From the sequence record NC_031927.1: a DNA stretch of 64,000 nt. One strand, 5' to 3'. Positions 17,935-26,625 of the stretch are shown one piece after another. The position numbers and the translations under genes are program-made. Position 1 is the stretch's first letter; each line of letters begins with the position of its first letter. The notes below the pieces were generated by a model. That model saw nothing but the letters and a program-made list of their open reading frames with translations. It did not search any database and was not told the DNA's origin.

Positions 17935-18104
17935 TTGTTGCCGTTGATTATGCCCTCCTCCTAGGTGAGATGGAGGGTGTTTATGCTAAACTAAAACAGC
18001 TAGGGACCACCGAGGAACTAGCATATGTTGAGGCTATGAAGAAGAAGTATTATAAAGAATACTTCGCACTACTCCGAGAAGAAAGGGCAGCCGAACAGGC
18101 TTGA
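17931..18104 (+). CDS. Small hypothetical protein
   Basis: ATG 17931 overlapping the GT11 stop; 57 aa. Confidence 0.55.
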   Translation: MIVAVDYALLLGEMEGVYAKLKQLGTTEELAYVEAMKKKYYKEYFALLREERAAEQA

Positions 18105-18129
18105 CCTAATCACCAAGACCTGCTATACT
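18101..18129 (+). promoter_or_regulatory. Sigma70-like promoter (TTGACC-N17-TATACT) upstream of tRNA-Arg
   Basis: Consensus spacing read directly. Confidence 0.8.
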
Positions 18130-18143
18130 AAACAGGTCACCAA

Positions 18144-18217
18144 GCCTCAGTAGCTCAGTGGAATAGAGCATCGCTCTTCTAAAGCGTTGGTCGCTGGTTC
18201 GAATCCAGCCTGAGGCG
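18144..18217 (+). tRNA. tRNA-Arg(UCU)
   Basis: Acceptor gcctcag/ctgaggc; loop CT-TCT-AA; GTTCGAATC T-loop; CCA not encoded. Confidence 0.95.
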
Positions 18218-18243
18218 TCGTCCAATTACTAACATATATAACA

Positions 18244-18399
18244 ATGGGATTACTTTCAGAAAGCGATTACACTCACGCAATTCAAGCACTTGAATACTAC
18301 CTTGAAGTTTGGGGTAGTCAGTTGAGTGATGTTGAGTATATGGAAAAGGAAGCTCTTCTCCGTTGGCTCTACATCAGCAAATCAAAACTAAGTAGCTGA
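18244..18399 (+). CDS. Small hypothetical protein (51 aa, not in ORF track)
   Basis: MGLLSESDYTHAIQALEYY... open frame between tRNAs. Confidence 0.45.
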   Translation: MGLLSESDYTHAIQALEYYLEVWGSQLSDVEYMEKEALLRWLYISKSKLSS

Positions 18400-18457
18400 T
18401 TACACAAGACGATCATCCATATTTACGCTATACTATCCACATACACAACAAAGACAG

Positions 18458-18649
18458 ATGGCTAAGCAACTCCGTATGGATCTCATTGATGAGTATTACA
18501 AGCTATACCGTGAGCGGACTCTATGCCGTCACACCAAAGATTTTAGAGACAACTACGAAAAGATTAGTGAGCTGTGGGTAGATTTTTCAGAAGAAGAGCG
18601 TATCGCAATCAATATACGCTTCATCCAAGACAACTTGAATAAGTTCTAA
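18458..18649 (+). CDS. Small hypothetical protein
   Basis: 63 aa between tRNA genes. Confidence 0.55.
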   Translation: MAKQLRMDLIDEYYKLYRERTLCRHTKDFRDNYEKISELWVDFSEEERIAINIRFIQDNLNKF

Positions 18650-18678
18650 TCTTGTGATATAATACGGTCAACAGACCT

Positions 18679-18751
18679 GCTCCTTTAGCTCTCTGGTGAA
18701 AGCACTCCGCTCATAACGGAAGAAAGGTCAGTTCGATCCTGACAAGGAGCA
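18679..18751 (+). tRNA. tRNA-CAU (elongator Met or Ile2)
   Basis: Acceptor gctcctt/aaggagc (paired 1:72, so not initiator); loop CT-CAT-AA; GTTCGATC T-loop. Confidence 0.9.
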
Positions 18752-18780
18752 TTGACAATCATCACCTTCTCTGGTATGAT
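18752..18780 (+). promoter_or_regulatory. Sigma70-like promoter (TTGACA-N17-TATGAT) upstream of tRNA-Ala
   Basis: Perfect -35 and 17-nt spacer. Confidence 0.8.
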
Positions 18781-18792
18781 TGTTTCATCTTC

Positions 18793-18868
18793 GGGGAATT
18801 AGCTCAGTTGGTAGAGCGCCTGCTTTGCAAGCAGGATGTCAACGGTTCGAGTCCGTTATTCTCCACCA
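18793..18868 (+). tRNA. tRNA-Ala(UGC)
   Basis: GGGGAAT acceptor, loop TT-TGC-AA, encoded CCA. Confidence 0.97.
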
Positions 18869-18873
18869 ACCAT

Positions 18874-18946
18874 TGCTCTGTAATTCAATCGGTAGAATGC
18901 CAAACTGTTAATTTGGAGGTTGCAGGTTCGAGTCCTGCCGGAGCAG
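18874..18946 (+). tRNA. tRNA-Asn(GUU)
   Basis: Acceptor tgctctg/cggagca; anticodon arm ccaaa-CT-GTT-AA-tttgg; GTTCGAGTC. Confidence 0.93.
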
Positions 18947-18961
18947 TTTAAACTTAATATT

Positions 18962-19486
18962 ATGGTAAATTCACACTACGAATCAATCCTATCTAATAGA
19001 GTCATATTAGACCTCCAAGGATATGCGTATGAAGCTGATTATCAGCCCATTCAGCAAGAGTATATGGGGGAAATTTATCAGAGTGTGAGTGCCCATAGAT
19101 TACCCAAAGCTCATCCATTAGAGAAGCATATTGTTAAGTCTTTTCTTGCCTTCAATAAAGAATATTTTAATTATGATCTATGGGGTTCATTTGAGATTCA
19201 ATTTTTAAAATATACCCCAGGTGGTCATTACAATTGGCATTGTGACTATGGTATTTCAGAAGTAGGTGCTAGAAAGTTAAGTATGTCTATCCAGTTAAGT
19301 TGTGCCTGGGATTATACTGGCGGCGACCTTCTCGTTAGAGATTGGCATAACAGAAAACAATATATCAGTAAAGAAATAGGTAATGTAGTTGTGTTCGATT
19401 CTCGCGTTCCACATAAGGTAGAACCCATTGTTGATGGGGAAAGATATGCAATTGTTGCCTGGGCTCACGGTCCAGAACTACGCTAA
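18962..19486 (+). CDS. 2OG-Fe(II) oxygenase
   Basis: Y...HYNWHCD (HxD), RKLS, FDS...HKVEPIVDGERY; ATG 18962 preferred because the ORF-track start lies inside tRNA-Asn. Confidence 0.9.
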   Translation: MVNSHYESILSNRVILDLQGYAYEADYQPIQQEYMGEIYQSVSAHRLPKAHPLEKHIVKSFLAFNKEYFNYDLWGSFEIQFLKYTPGGHYNWHCDYGISEVGARKLSMSIQLSCAWDYTGGDLLVRDWHNRKQYISKEIGNVVVFDSRVPHKVEPIVDGERYAIVAWAHGPELR

Positions 19487-19512
19487 ATATGGTGTATTGA
19501 AAAATATATATT

Positions 19513-19830
19513 ATGTTATCCACTAAGTTACGCCTCAGGTTAGAATATATTGCCTCTCGTATTGAAATGGGAGAGTCAGTTCAATTAGCGGATATGATTT
19601 GGGCTGATAAGCTAGCCAAAGCAAACCGTTCAGCTGGTGAGATTTTGAGGAAAGCTAGAAGAAAAGCTCTTACAGGGGAAACACCAGAGGGTGGGTTGGA
19701 TGATTTTTTAAACCAGATGGACCTGGGTGATCCAGATCCAAGCAACCATAGAACTAGCTTCGGATCTCCTGAGGAGATTGTTGAATGGTTCAGACAAGAC
19801 AAAACTGACGATTGGAGACAACGAGACTAA
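19513..19830 (+). CDS. Conserved cyanophage hypothetical protein
   Basis: MLSTKLRLRLEYI...MIWADKLAKAN...GLDDFLNQM.LGDPDPSNH. Confidence 0.75.
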   Translation: MLSTKLRLRLEYIASRIEMGESVQLADMIWADKLAKANRSAGEILRKARRKALTGETPEGGLDDFLNQMDLGDPDPSNHRTSFGSPEEIVEWFRQDKTDDWRQRD

Positions 19831-19878
19831 TAAAGGTTTTATTGATAAACTCTGCTATAATACCCACACAACCTTCTA

Positions 19879-20331
19879 TTGATAATGCTTGATTTTGAGT
19901 ATGCCCTCTTCACCAAAGAGGACCCAATTAAATTATTGAAAGACGCATCATCCAAACTTCCAATCCATAAGAAGTTTAAGATTGCTCCACATATTCGCAG
20001 AGCTAGTGCTGCTGTTAATAAGTGTAAAAAATTTAGAGACATTGTTACCAGTGAAGATAATGTAGTCTGTATTGATATTGGTACAACCTTCGCATCTTAT
20101 TTCGGTCGGAAAGTTGATAAAGGCATCTACTTGTCTATTCCAAAATCAGCAGCAAAGGAATATATTGAATTTTTAGAAGCTTCCTGTAAGGATACTATTA
20201 GAAGTGATAAATATATGGAGAGTATTACTAAACTACTTCTCTACCACTCTGATTATATTGATGCATTTGTGAAAGCATTTTTAAGCATTCGATTAGCACA
20301 GGGCGAACTGGATAAATTAAAATCTAATTGA
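19879..20331 (+). CDS. Hypothetical protein
   Basis: About 150 aa downstream of a TGCTATAAT box at about 19853. Confidence 0.6.
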   Translation: MIMLDFEYALFTKEDPIKLLKDASSKLPIHKKFKIAPHIRRASAAVNKCKKFRDIVTSEDNVVCIDIGTTFASYFGRKVDKGIYLSIPKSAAKEYIEFLEASCKDTIRSDKYMESITKLLLYHSDYIDAFVKAFLSIRLAQGELDKLKSN

Positions 20332-20332
20332 G

Positions 20333-21598
20333 ATGAAATCCTTTTTAAATTTTCTATTTGAAGCCAAGCAATCCAAAGCCGTTCAGCAAGCCACTAAAAT
20401 GGGTTTGCGTAGTGACGGTCACGGTGGCTGGTATGATGAACGTGGTGAGTTTGTCGCCAAGACTGTTGGTGATGGTTTGGAGTTCTTCAACTCAAATCAA
20501 GCCACTGGCGAGAGAGACCCAAACCAGAGCGCAGCTGATAAAGCTACTTCAGGTAATGAAGCTGCTGGTGGTGCTGCCCTAGGGACCCGTGTAAAGGACA
20601 CAGAAGGCGCTACACAAGCCCAAGCTAATAATGGAGCAGTAGCACCCGAAGCAACCGCACAGGATGCTGCCGCTGCCCCAGCGCAAGCTCAGCAAGCACC
20701 CGCAGCTGCTGCTCCCACAGAGCAACAGGCACCTGCTGATGTACCCAAAACGAAGGGCACACTCACTCTTGCTTTTGGGCGCTTCAACCCACCTACCGTG
20801 GGACACCAGAAGCTTATGGATAAGGTCGCTTCTAGCTCTGATGATAATGACTATATGATTATCCCTTCTCGTTCCGAAGACAAGAAGAAAAATCCATTAG
20901 GAGTTGATCGTAAAGCGGCTCTAATGCGTCAGTTATATCCAGACCACGCAGAAAAGATTGTAAATGATGCGGCAAACCGTACCATTTTTGATGTTATGCG
21001 TAAGGCACACAACGATGGCTATGCTAATGTTCGTGTTGTAGGTGGTGGTGATAGAGTAAAGGAATATGAAAAGCTAATCAATAAGTACAACGGATCTACA
21101 TATCAGTTTGATAATATTGAAGTTGTAAATGCTGGTGACCGCGATGCTGATTCAGATGATACTGACGGTATGTCTGCTTCCAAGATGCGTAAAGCAGCCA
21201 AGGATAATGACTTCCGAGGCTTTATGAAGGGTATGCCTAAGGGTATGGACCCTGATGTTCTTATGGGGATCTTCACGGAACTCCAAGATGCTATGGGCGT
21301 AAAGCCCAAAGAACCAGCAGTCGCTGAGAACTGGGAGGTTGCTCCTAGACTATATCTTAGAGACCTACGAGAGGAGTATGTAAGTGAGAGAGTCTTCAAT
21401 ATCGGAGATATTATCACCCACGACCCCACTGGAATGGTTGCTGAGATTGTAAGAAAGGGTGCTAATCACCTTATCTGCGTCACAGAAGACGATAAAATGT
21501 TTAAGACTTGGACTCAAGATGTTAGTTATAACAATCCAATCATTGAGCCCCCTGCTAAAATTAATAGCTTTAAGCGATTTTTAAGGAATTTTTCCTAG
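20333..21598 (+). CDS. Cytidylyltransferase/nucleotidyltransferase-like protein
   Basis: FGRFNPPTVGH (HIGH-like), GGGDRV, MSASKMR; Ala/Gln-rich linker. Confidence 0.8.
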   Translation: MKSFLNFLFEAKQSKAVQQATKMGLRSDGHGGWYDERGEFVAKTVGDGLEFFNSNQATGERDPNQSAADKATSGNEAAGGAALGTRVKDTEGATQAQANNGAVAPEATAQDAAAAPAQAQQAPAAAAPTEQQAPADVPKTKGTLTLAFGRFNPPTVGHQKLMDKVASSSDDNDYMIIPSRSEDKKKNPLGVDRKAALMRQLYPDHAEKIVNDAANRTIFDVMRKAHNDGYANVRVVGGGDRVKEYEKLINKYNGSTYQFDNIEVVNAGDRDADSDDTDGMSASKMRKAAKDNDFRGFMKGMPKGMDPDVLMGIFTELQDAMGVKPKEPAVAENWEVAPRLYLRDLREEYVSERVFNIGDIITHDPTGMVAEIVRKGANHLICVTEDDKMFKTWTQDVSYNNPIIEPPAKINSFKRFLRNFS

Positions 21599-21658
21599 AT
21601 CAATAACTATTATAAATAAAACTACGAAGAAACACCACGCCCTGTTTATTTTAGATAC

Positions 21659-23578
21659 ATGGAATTCCAAATCACTGAGGCAATTGAGCTAGTAAAAACT
21701 CTTGCCGAGACTGAAAATCTAACTCATACTGAAGCATTGACTGCTTTCTTTTATGAAGCTGATATGAGCATTGAGGATGCTGCTATGCTAAAGGCAGCAT
21801 TCTTTGAGAGCTATACTCTACAGGAAATGGCTGTGGATTCCCTAACAAACGCACTACACAGTGTATTTGTTAGCGGTCTATCTGAGGAGTCAGAAGAACT
21901 ATCAGAAGTTGATACTAAAGAAACTGGTGAAGGTACCAAGTATAAGGTTCGTGTAAAGGATCGCGTATCTAACTCAAGCTATGTTCGCTACGCTACTCGT
22001 GAGAAGATTGCCGAGCTTCGTGCTAATCCAAATATCTCTTCTGTTGAGTTGACCGACCACGGTACAACTGGCGAGGACGATAGAGGTGAGCGCACATCAG
22101 CTGCTAAACGTGGTGATCGCGATGGTGATGGTAAGGTTGAGTCTGGCTCCAAAGAGCACGCTGGTGTAGTACACAATGCTATCCAACGCAAGACGGGCGG
22201 CACACCTGACGGACAGGACACCCGTAAGGAAGAGTTTGAGTTAGATGAGGCAGAAAAGCGCATCAAGAGTGGTAAGAGATATCACGATGGTAAAAGGAAG
22301 ATGTCTGATGAAGGTGGACCAGCCAAAATTGTAGATCCAAAAAAAATGCATAGTGAGGACTATGAGCTAGAGGAAGGCAAAAAAGAAGCTGACCTAGGTA
22401 AGATGAGGCGTCAGTCAAACAAGCATATGAAAGATGCTGTTGGTAAGCGCACCAAGAGCGACAGCGACAGCAAGAATAAGTCCTTTAAGATGGACGGTAT
22501 CCGCAGATCTATTGAGCGTGGTGAAGATCCCCGCCGCGATACTTATGGTGGTAAGAGGACTGGTAAGGACGGCACACATCCCCCAGAAGACCACAGATCC
22601 AATTTTTCATATAATATGAAGGACCGCCCTGCTAAGGAGCCTGGTGTTAAGAAGGAATCTGCTTGGGATGCTTACCTAGAACTCCGTGAGAACCGTCGTG
22701 CTGCTCGTGCTGCTGGTGGTTACAAGGATGACTCAAAGAAGCAAACCGATCCTTCTAAAGAAGGTTTCACTGGAATCTCCAACAGCATTGCTGATATTAT
22801 GAAGCAAAACAAGGAGATTGAGGCTAAGAAAAAAAAAAGAGTAGCTGAAGACTTCCTACCTGAAGCTGGTAAGAGTGACGCTGGTGTCCGTAGTAGAATG
22901 AAAATTTCTGGCTATGAGCCACCTACCAACTGGGATCCCGAAGCAAACCAAGGTAAAGGTGCTACTGTAAGCGCCAAGCAATCTGAAAAGCGTCGTCGTA
23001 AGGCACTCCGTAAAGAAGACTTCCTACCTGAAGCTGATCTAGTTGATGCTGGTCGCGAAAACCAAGGTCAGCGCGACAAGAAAAAGCTAACTGGTAAAGG
23101 TGTTAATAACAAGTCAAACATCAAGCTAATGCCTAGTATTAACGAGACTGTAGTAACAGAACACCCTAGCAAATCACTAGACTCTGTTTCTGCTGACTCT
23201 GATGTAAACGAATCACTTCGCGCTAAGATCCAAGAAATGGGTCGTTTGGATGAAGAGTGTTGCCCTAAGTGTGGAACTCCTGAGTGTGTCTGTGAAGGCA
23301 AGAAAGAGGAGAAGCCTAAAAAGAAAAAGGCAAAGATTGATGAATCAGGTATGCCTATTCTAGAGTACAGTCGTAACAACGCACGTCCAGGTCCTAGCCC
23401 TGAGATGATTAACCCAGGCAAAGATCCCGAAGGTGACGTAGGGCATATGAATCCAAAGGGTAAGCCCAAGCGTTATAAGAACAAAGGTGAAGCTCCTGGA
23501 GACCGTAGACCTAATGACCCCAGTGGTCCTGACCTACCTCTAGAGAAAGGTGTGGTTCCTAACGGTTCTGGTGTATAA
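21659..23578 (+). CDS. Large charged protein, probable head-associated/internal protein
   Basis: 639 aa after TATAAATA at about 21612; basic blocks separated by acidic (L/I)xE motifs. Confidence 0.75.
   Translation: MEFQITEAIELVKTLAETENLTHTEALTAFFYEADMSIEDAAMLKAAFFESYTLQEMAVDSLTNALHSVFVSGLSEESEELSEVDTKETGEGTKYKVRVKDRVSNSSYVRYATREKIAELRANPNISSVELTDHGTTGEDDRGERTSAAKRGDRDGDGKVESGSKEHAGVVHNAIQRKTGGTPDGQDTRKEEFELDEAEKRIKSGKRYHDGKRKMSDEGGPAKIVDPKKMHSEDYELEEGKKEADLGKMRRQSNKHMKDAVGKRTKSDSDSKNKSFKMDGIRRSIERGEDPRRDTYGGKRTGKDGTHPPEDHRSNFSYNMKDRPAKEPGVKKESAWDAYLELRENRRAARAAGGYKDDSKKQTDPSKEGFTGISNSIADIMKQNKEIEAKKKKRVAEDFLPEAGKSDAGVRSRMKISGYEPPTNWDPEANQGKGATVSAKQSEKRRRKALRKEDFLPEADLVDAGRENQGQRDKKKLTGKGVNNKSNIKLMPSINETVVTEHPSKSLDSVSADSDVNESLRAKIQEMGRLDEECCPKCGTPECVCEGKKEEKPKKKKAKIDESGMPILEYSRNNARPGPSPEMINPGKDPEGDVGHMNPKGKPKRYKNKGEAPGDRRPNDPSGPDLPLEKGVVPNGSGV
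22847..23036 (+). repeat. 22-nt exact direct repeat gaagacttcctacctgaagctg (EDFLPEA) at 22847-22868 and 23015-23036
   Basis: Read directly. Confidence 0.9.
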
Positions 23579-23606
23579 ATAAAGGTGCAGTTTATAGGTA
23601 ACCCCT

Positions 23607-23783
23607 ATGTCTAAGCTAGTAGAACTTTGTAAGCCCGTTCTAATGTGGTTGTATGAATCTGCTGAAGTTAAAAAGCTCGTAGTAGAATTACTTGAGCGTT
23701 ATTCTGCCTCCACCGATAATACCGTTGATGACCTAATCGTCGCAACTGTACGCAAGGCACTTCTTCCTGAAGAGGCTAAGTGA
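23607..23783 (+). CDS. Conserved small cyanophage protein (58 aa, not in ORF track)
   Basis: MSKLVELCKPVLMWLY...VKKLVVELLERY..STDNTVDD; follows TATAAATA at about 23575. Confidence 0.7.
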   Translation: MSKLVELCKPVLMWLYESAEVKKLVVELLERYSASTDNTVDDLIVATVRKALLPEEAK

Positions 23784-23956
23784 TCGAATGTTTTGCCTCA
23801 ACCCACGGGTTGTTCTGGATTCTCACCGGTCTTCTATTAATATCAGAAGCTCTTGGTGAGACTAAACTAGTAAAGGCAAACGGAGTACTATCTTTTCTAT
23901 TCGAGATATTAGAGCATTTTTCTAAGCTTATTAGAAAAATAATGTTCGGTAGATAA
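23780..23956 (+). CDS. Small membrane protein (58 aa, not in ORF track)
   Basis: GTG start overlapping the upstream TGA; hydrophobic LFWILTGLLLISEAL. Confidence 0.6.
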   Translation: MIECFASTHGLFWILTGLLLISEALGETKLVKANGVLSFLFEILEHFSKLIRKIMFGR

Positions 23957-23960
23957 CTTT

Positions 23961-23990
23961 AAAGGCTCAGCGAAAGCTGGGTCTTTTTTT
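23961..23990 (+). terminator. Intrinsic terminator with GAAA tetraloop, followed by TATAAATA late promoter (23993-24000)
   Basis: aaaggctcagc-gaaa-gctgggtcttt + T run. Confidence 0.85.
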
Positions 23991-24035
23991 ATTATAAATA
24001 AAGCTACGGTAATTAAATTACAAAAGGAATTACAA

Positions 24036-24602
24036 ATGGCACTCTGGGGAAATCAAGACAATTTAGTAGGAGGTGATTTTTCTCCTGCCGCTCCAACATC
24101 CGTAGTGGTTGTCGGTACTGCTAGCTCTGACTTCTGGACAGCAGAAGGAACAACTTTCGCTGGCGTATCAACTGGAACTACAATCCTACTAGGAACAGAG
24201 CCTGGTGAAGATGGCTTCCTAGTAATCGAATCACTATTGAGTGATGATCTAGCACGTTGTGGTAAGATGTCTGCTGTTTCTGCAGGCACATATGACGCAA
24301 CATATTCCACTCAACCTATTAGTCTAAAGAACGATCCTGCATATGCTGAAAGTGCAGCAAATACTCTAACTGGTATTTCAACAATTAGAACTCAGGTTAT
24401 TGCTGGCGTTTCTACAGCAGGTATTGATGCTATTGAGCCTACTGGTACTGCTGGAACTAGCACAACAATTCCTGGTGGAATCCACGCTGGTTGGGTCGGC
24501 ATTATGACCTACGTTGATATGCACGGTGAGCTTCGTACCAAGACTGAGACTTTTGTCGCAGCATCTGGTATTGAGACTGGTAATCGCCCATTCCCTGCCT
24601 GA
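24036..24602 (+). CDS. Putative virion structural protein
   Basis: MALWGN...HAGWVGI...KTETFVA pattern of cyanophage late proteins; late promoter upstream. Confidence 0.65.
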   Translation: MALWGNQDNLVGGDFSPAAPTSVVVVGTASSDFWTAEGTTFAGVSTGTTILLGTEPGEDGFLVIESLLSDDLARCGKMSAVSAGTYDATYSTQPISLKNDPAYAESAANTLTGISTIRTQVIAGVSTAGIDAIEPTGTAGTSTTIPGGIHAGWVGIMTYVDMHGELRTKTETFVAASGIETGNRPFPA

Positions 24603-24632
24603 TAGGTAGCTTGGATATAATATAGGGGGATT

Positions 24633-25013
24633 ATGAGATTTAACGAACTGAATGATGATAATTATCTCCTATTCGCAATCAAGTTTTACGATAATCCCCA
24701 TGCGGTTACTCGTGAAGACTTTGATGACGATTTGAAAAAGATCAAATATGTGAAGCGTCTACTAAGGCGCTACATTAATACTAATACACTGAAGACACAC
24801 TTGATTCTTAATCATCTGACAGTGCTCTTCAATGTATTTGGGGATGCTGCGGTTCCACTACTCTTCTATAACTTAGAAAGAGACTTGTGGTCATCTATAA
24901 AAAGCTTTCTTGTCTTCTTAAATAAACTCCCGGAGTTCCCTAGAAGCATGATTGACGATATAGAGCTGGATCAAAACTGCCTAGATCAACTGGAGATTAT
25001 CGATGGAGAATAA
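24633..25013 (+). CDS. Conserved T4-like cyanophage protein
   Basis: MRFNELNDDNYLLFAIKFYDNP...YVKRLLRRY...HLILNHL. Confidence 0.8.
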   Translation: MRFNELNDDNYLLFAIKFYDNPHAVTREDFDDDLKKIKYVKRLLRRYINTNTLKTHLILNHLTVLFNVFGDAAVPLLFYNLERDLWSSIKSFLVFLNKLPEFPRSMIDDIELDQNCLDQLEIIDGE

Positions 25014-25269
25014 AGTAGACAAAATCCTAGAGTGCTATAGGCGTCTTAAGGAAGAGATGGGTGCTGGTGCTGCCGTTGGTGGTATGACTACCCAATCTTC
25101 TCCTGGGAAACCTGGTTTTTCTGGTGCTGCTGACTCCAAAGGTCCAGTTGCTGGCTATGATGCTCCAGTAGACTTCCGCAAACGCAAATACAAGAAGCTC
25201 AATATGTTTTACCGTCAAGCTGTAAAACCTACCAAAGGAGCAAAAAATGCTAGAAAGGGACCCCGATAA
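25003..25269 (+). CDS. Conserved cyanophage hypothetical protein
   Basis: LKEEM...GPVAGYD motif. Confidence 0.7.
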   Translation: MENKVDKILECYRRLKEEMGAGAAVGGMTTQSSPGKPGFSGAADSKGPVAGYDAPVDFRKRKYKKLNMFYRQAVKPTKGAKNARKGPR

Positions 25270-25633
25270 CATTAAGTTAGCAGTCCTTGAAGAAAAGTTG
25301 GGTAACATGGTAGAGGTTATCTCTCGCTTGGATGCTACAATTGAAAAATTGAGTGATCTAAGTGTAAACGTAAGTAGAATGCTTGCTGTCCACGAGGAAA
25401 AACTAGACTTCGCTCGCGAAACTGCCGCCGAAACGGCTAAGGATATCGATGAGTTAGAAGAACGGTTGGATGAGAAGATGGAAGCTTATTCCGTCAGACT
25501 CCGATCAGTAGAACGTCGAGTTTGGGTTGGGTTAGGTGTCGCTCTTGCTGTGACACTTATACTACAGTCCCCCATCGTGTTCAATATGCTTCATCATACG
25601 GATAAATCTGCTATAATGGTTCCAAGGAACTAA
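25247..25633 (+). CDS. Coiled-coil protein with C-terminal transmembrane segment
   Basis: IKLAVLEEK...VSRMLAVHEEK...VWVGLGVALAVTLIL; upstream of primase. Confidence 0.7.
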   Translation: MLERDPDNIKLAVLEEKLGNMVEVISRLDATIEKLSDLSVNVSRMLAVHEEKLDFARETAAETAKDIDELEERLDEKMEAYSVRLRSVERRVWVGLGVALAVTLILQSPIVFNMLHHTDKSAIMVPRN

Positions 25634-25647
25634 GCTCTAACTTCATA

Positions 25648-26625
25648 ATGGATTTTGTTGATTCAAAATATGTGAACTTGGTCTCCTCTCGTTTGGAAAA
25701 GTTCAAAAGAACAAAGGCGGATCTTTTTAATTTCCGCTGCCCCATCTGTGGGGACTCTTCTAAGAACAAAACCAAAGCGAGAGGCTACCTCTACACAGTA
25801 AAAAACAATACTAATTTTAAGTGTCATAACTGTCAATCCAGTATGTCACTAAACAATTTCATTAAGAAGTTGGATCCAGTCCTTCATAAGCAATATGTTA
25901 TGGAGAAGTTTAAGGAAGGTCACTCGGGCAAAAACTTCTCTACACCAACTCCTAAACTTGACTTCAAGGCACCCACTTTCACTAGAAAGACAAAGATTAG
26001 ATTACCTAAAGCATCCGAGAACGAGCAAGCTAAAGCCTATTTGGTAAATCGTAAGTTAGACCCAGACAAGTTTTACTATACCGCAGGATTTAAGAAGTGG
26101 GCAAACACACTTACTAAGGCATTCGATAGCACTCAATATGATGATGCACGTATTGTAATCCCTTTATATACGGCAGATGGAGACTTGTTTGGTTTCCAAG
26201 GAAGAGCCCTTGGTCCTAGTAAGGTTAAATACATTACCATCATGCTCAATGATGACCATCCCAAAGTGTATGGGATGGATACAGTAGACACGAACAAGAC
26301 TGTCTACGTGGTAGAGGGTCCATTTGACTCTACTTTTGTCAATAACTGTATCGCAATGTGTGGTGCTGATGTTGACCTAGATACTCTACAAATAAAAGAT
26401 CTAGTATACGTTTACGATAACGAACCAAGAAACAAAGAAATCTGTGCCCGTATTGAGAAGGCAATTAAACAAGGTAAAAAGGTTGTTATTTTCCCGTCAC
26501 GTATTATAGAAAAAGACTTAAACGATATGGTTCTACAAGGCATAGACGCTAATTCTATGCTAGAATCAAATACATACCAATCACTCACAGCAACAATTAA
26601 GTATAACGAATGGAAACGATTATGA
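25648..26625 (+). CDS. gp61: DNA primase
   Basis: Zn finger RCPICGDS...FKCHNC; FQGRAL; VVEGPFDS; DNEPRN; KDLNDM. Confidence 0.97.
   Translation: MDFVDSKYVNLVSSRLEKFKRTKADLFNFRCPICGDSSKNKTKARGYLYTVKNNTNFKCHNCQSSMSLNNFIKKLDPVLHKQYVMEKFKEGHSGKNFSTPTPKLDFKAPTFTRKTKIRLPKASENEQAKAYLVNRKLDPDKFYYTAGFKKWANTLTKAFDSTQYDDARIVIPLYTADGDLFGFQGRALGPSKVKYITIMLNDDHPKVYGMDTVDTNKTVYVVEGPFDSTFVNNCIAMCGADVDLDTLQIKDLVYVYDNEPRNKEICARIEKAIKQGKKVVIFPSRIIEKDLNDMVLQGIDANSMLESNTYQSLTATIKYNEWKRL

Noticed and set aside
18920-18961. ORF-track N-terminal extension of the 2OG oxygenase
   Set aside because: It overlaps tRNA-Asn; ATG 18962 is the plausible start.
22829-22838. A10 homopolymer in the charged protein as a phase-variation or slippage site
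   Set aside because: The frame is intact, the run simply encodes KKKKR, and I saw no orphan downstream frame or stimulatory structure.
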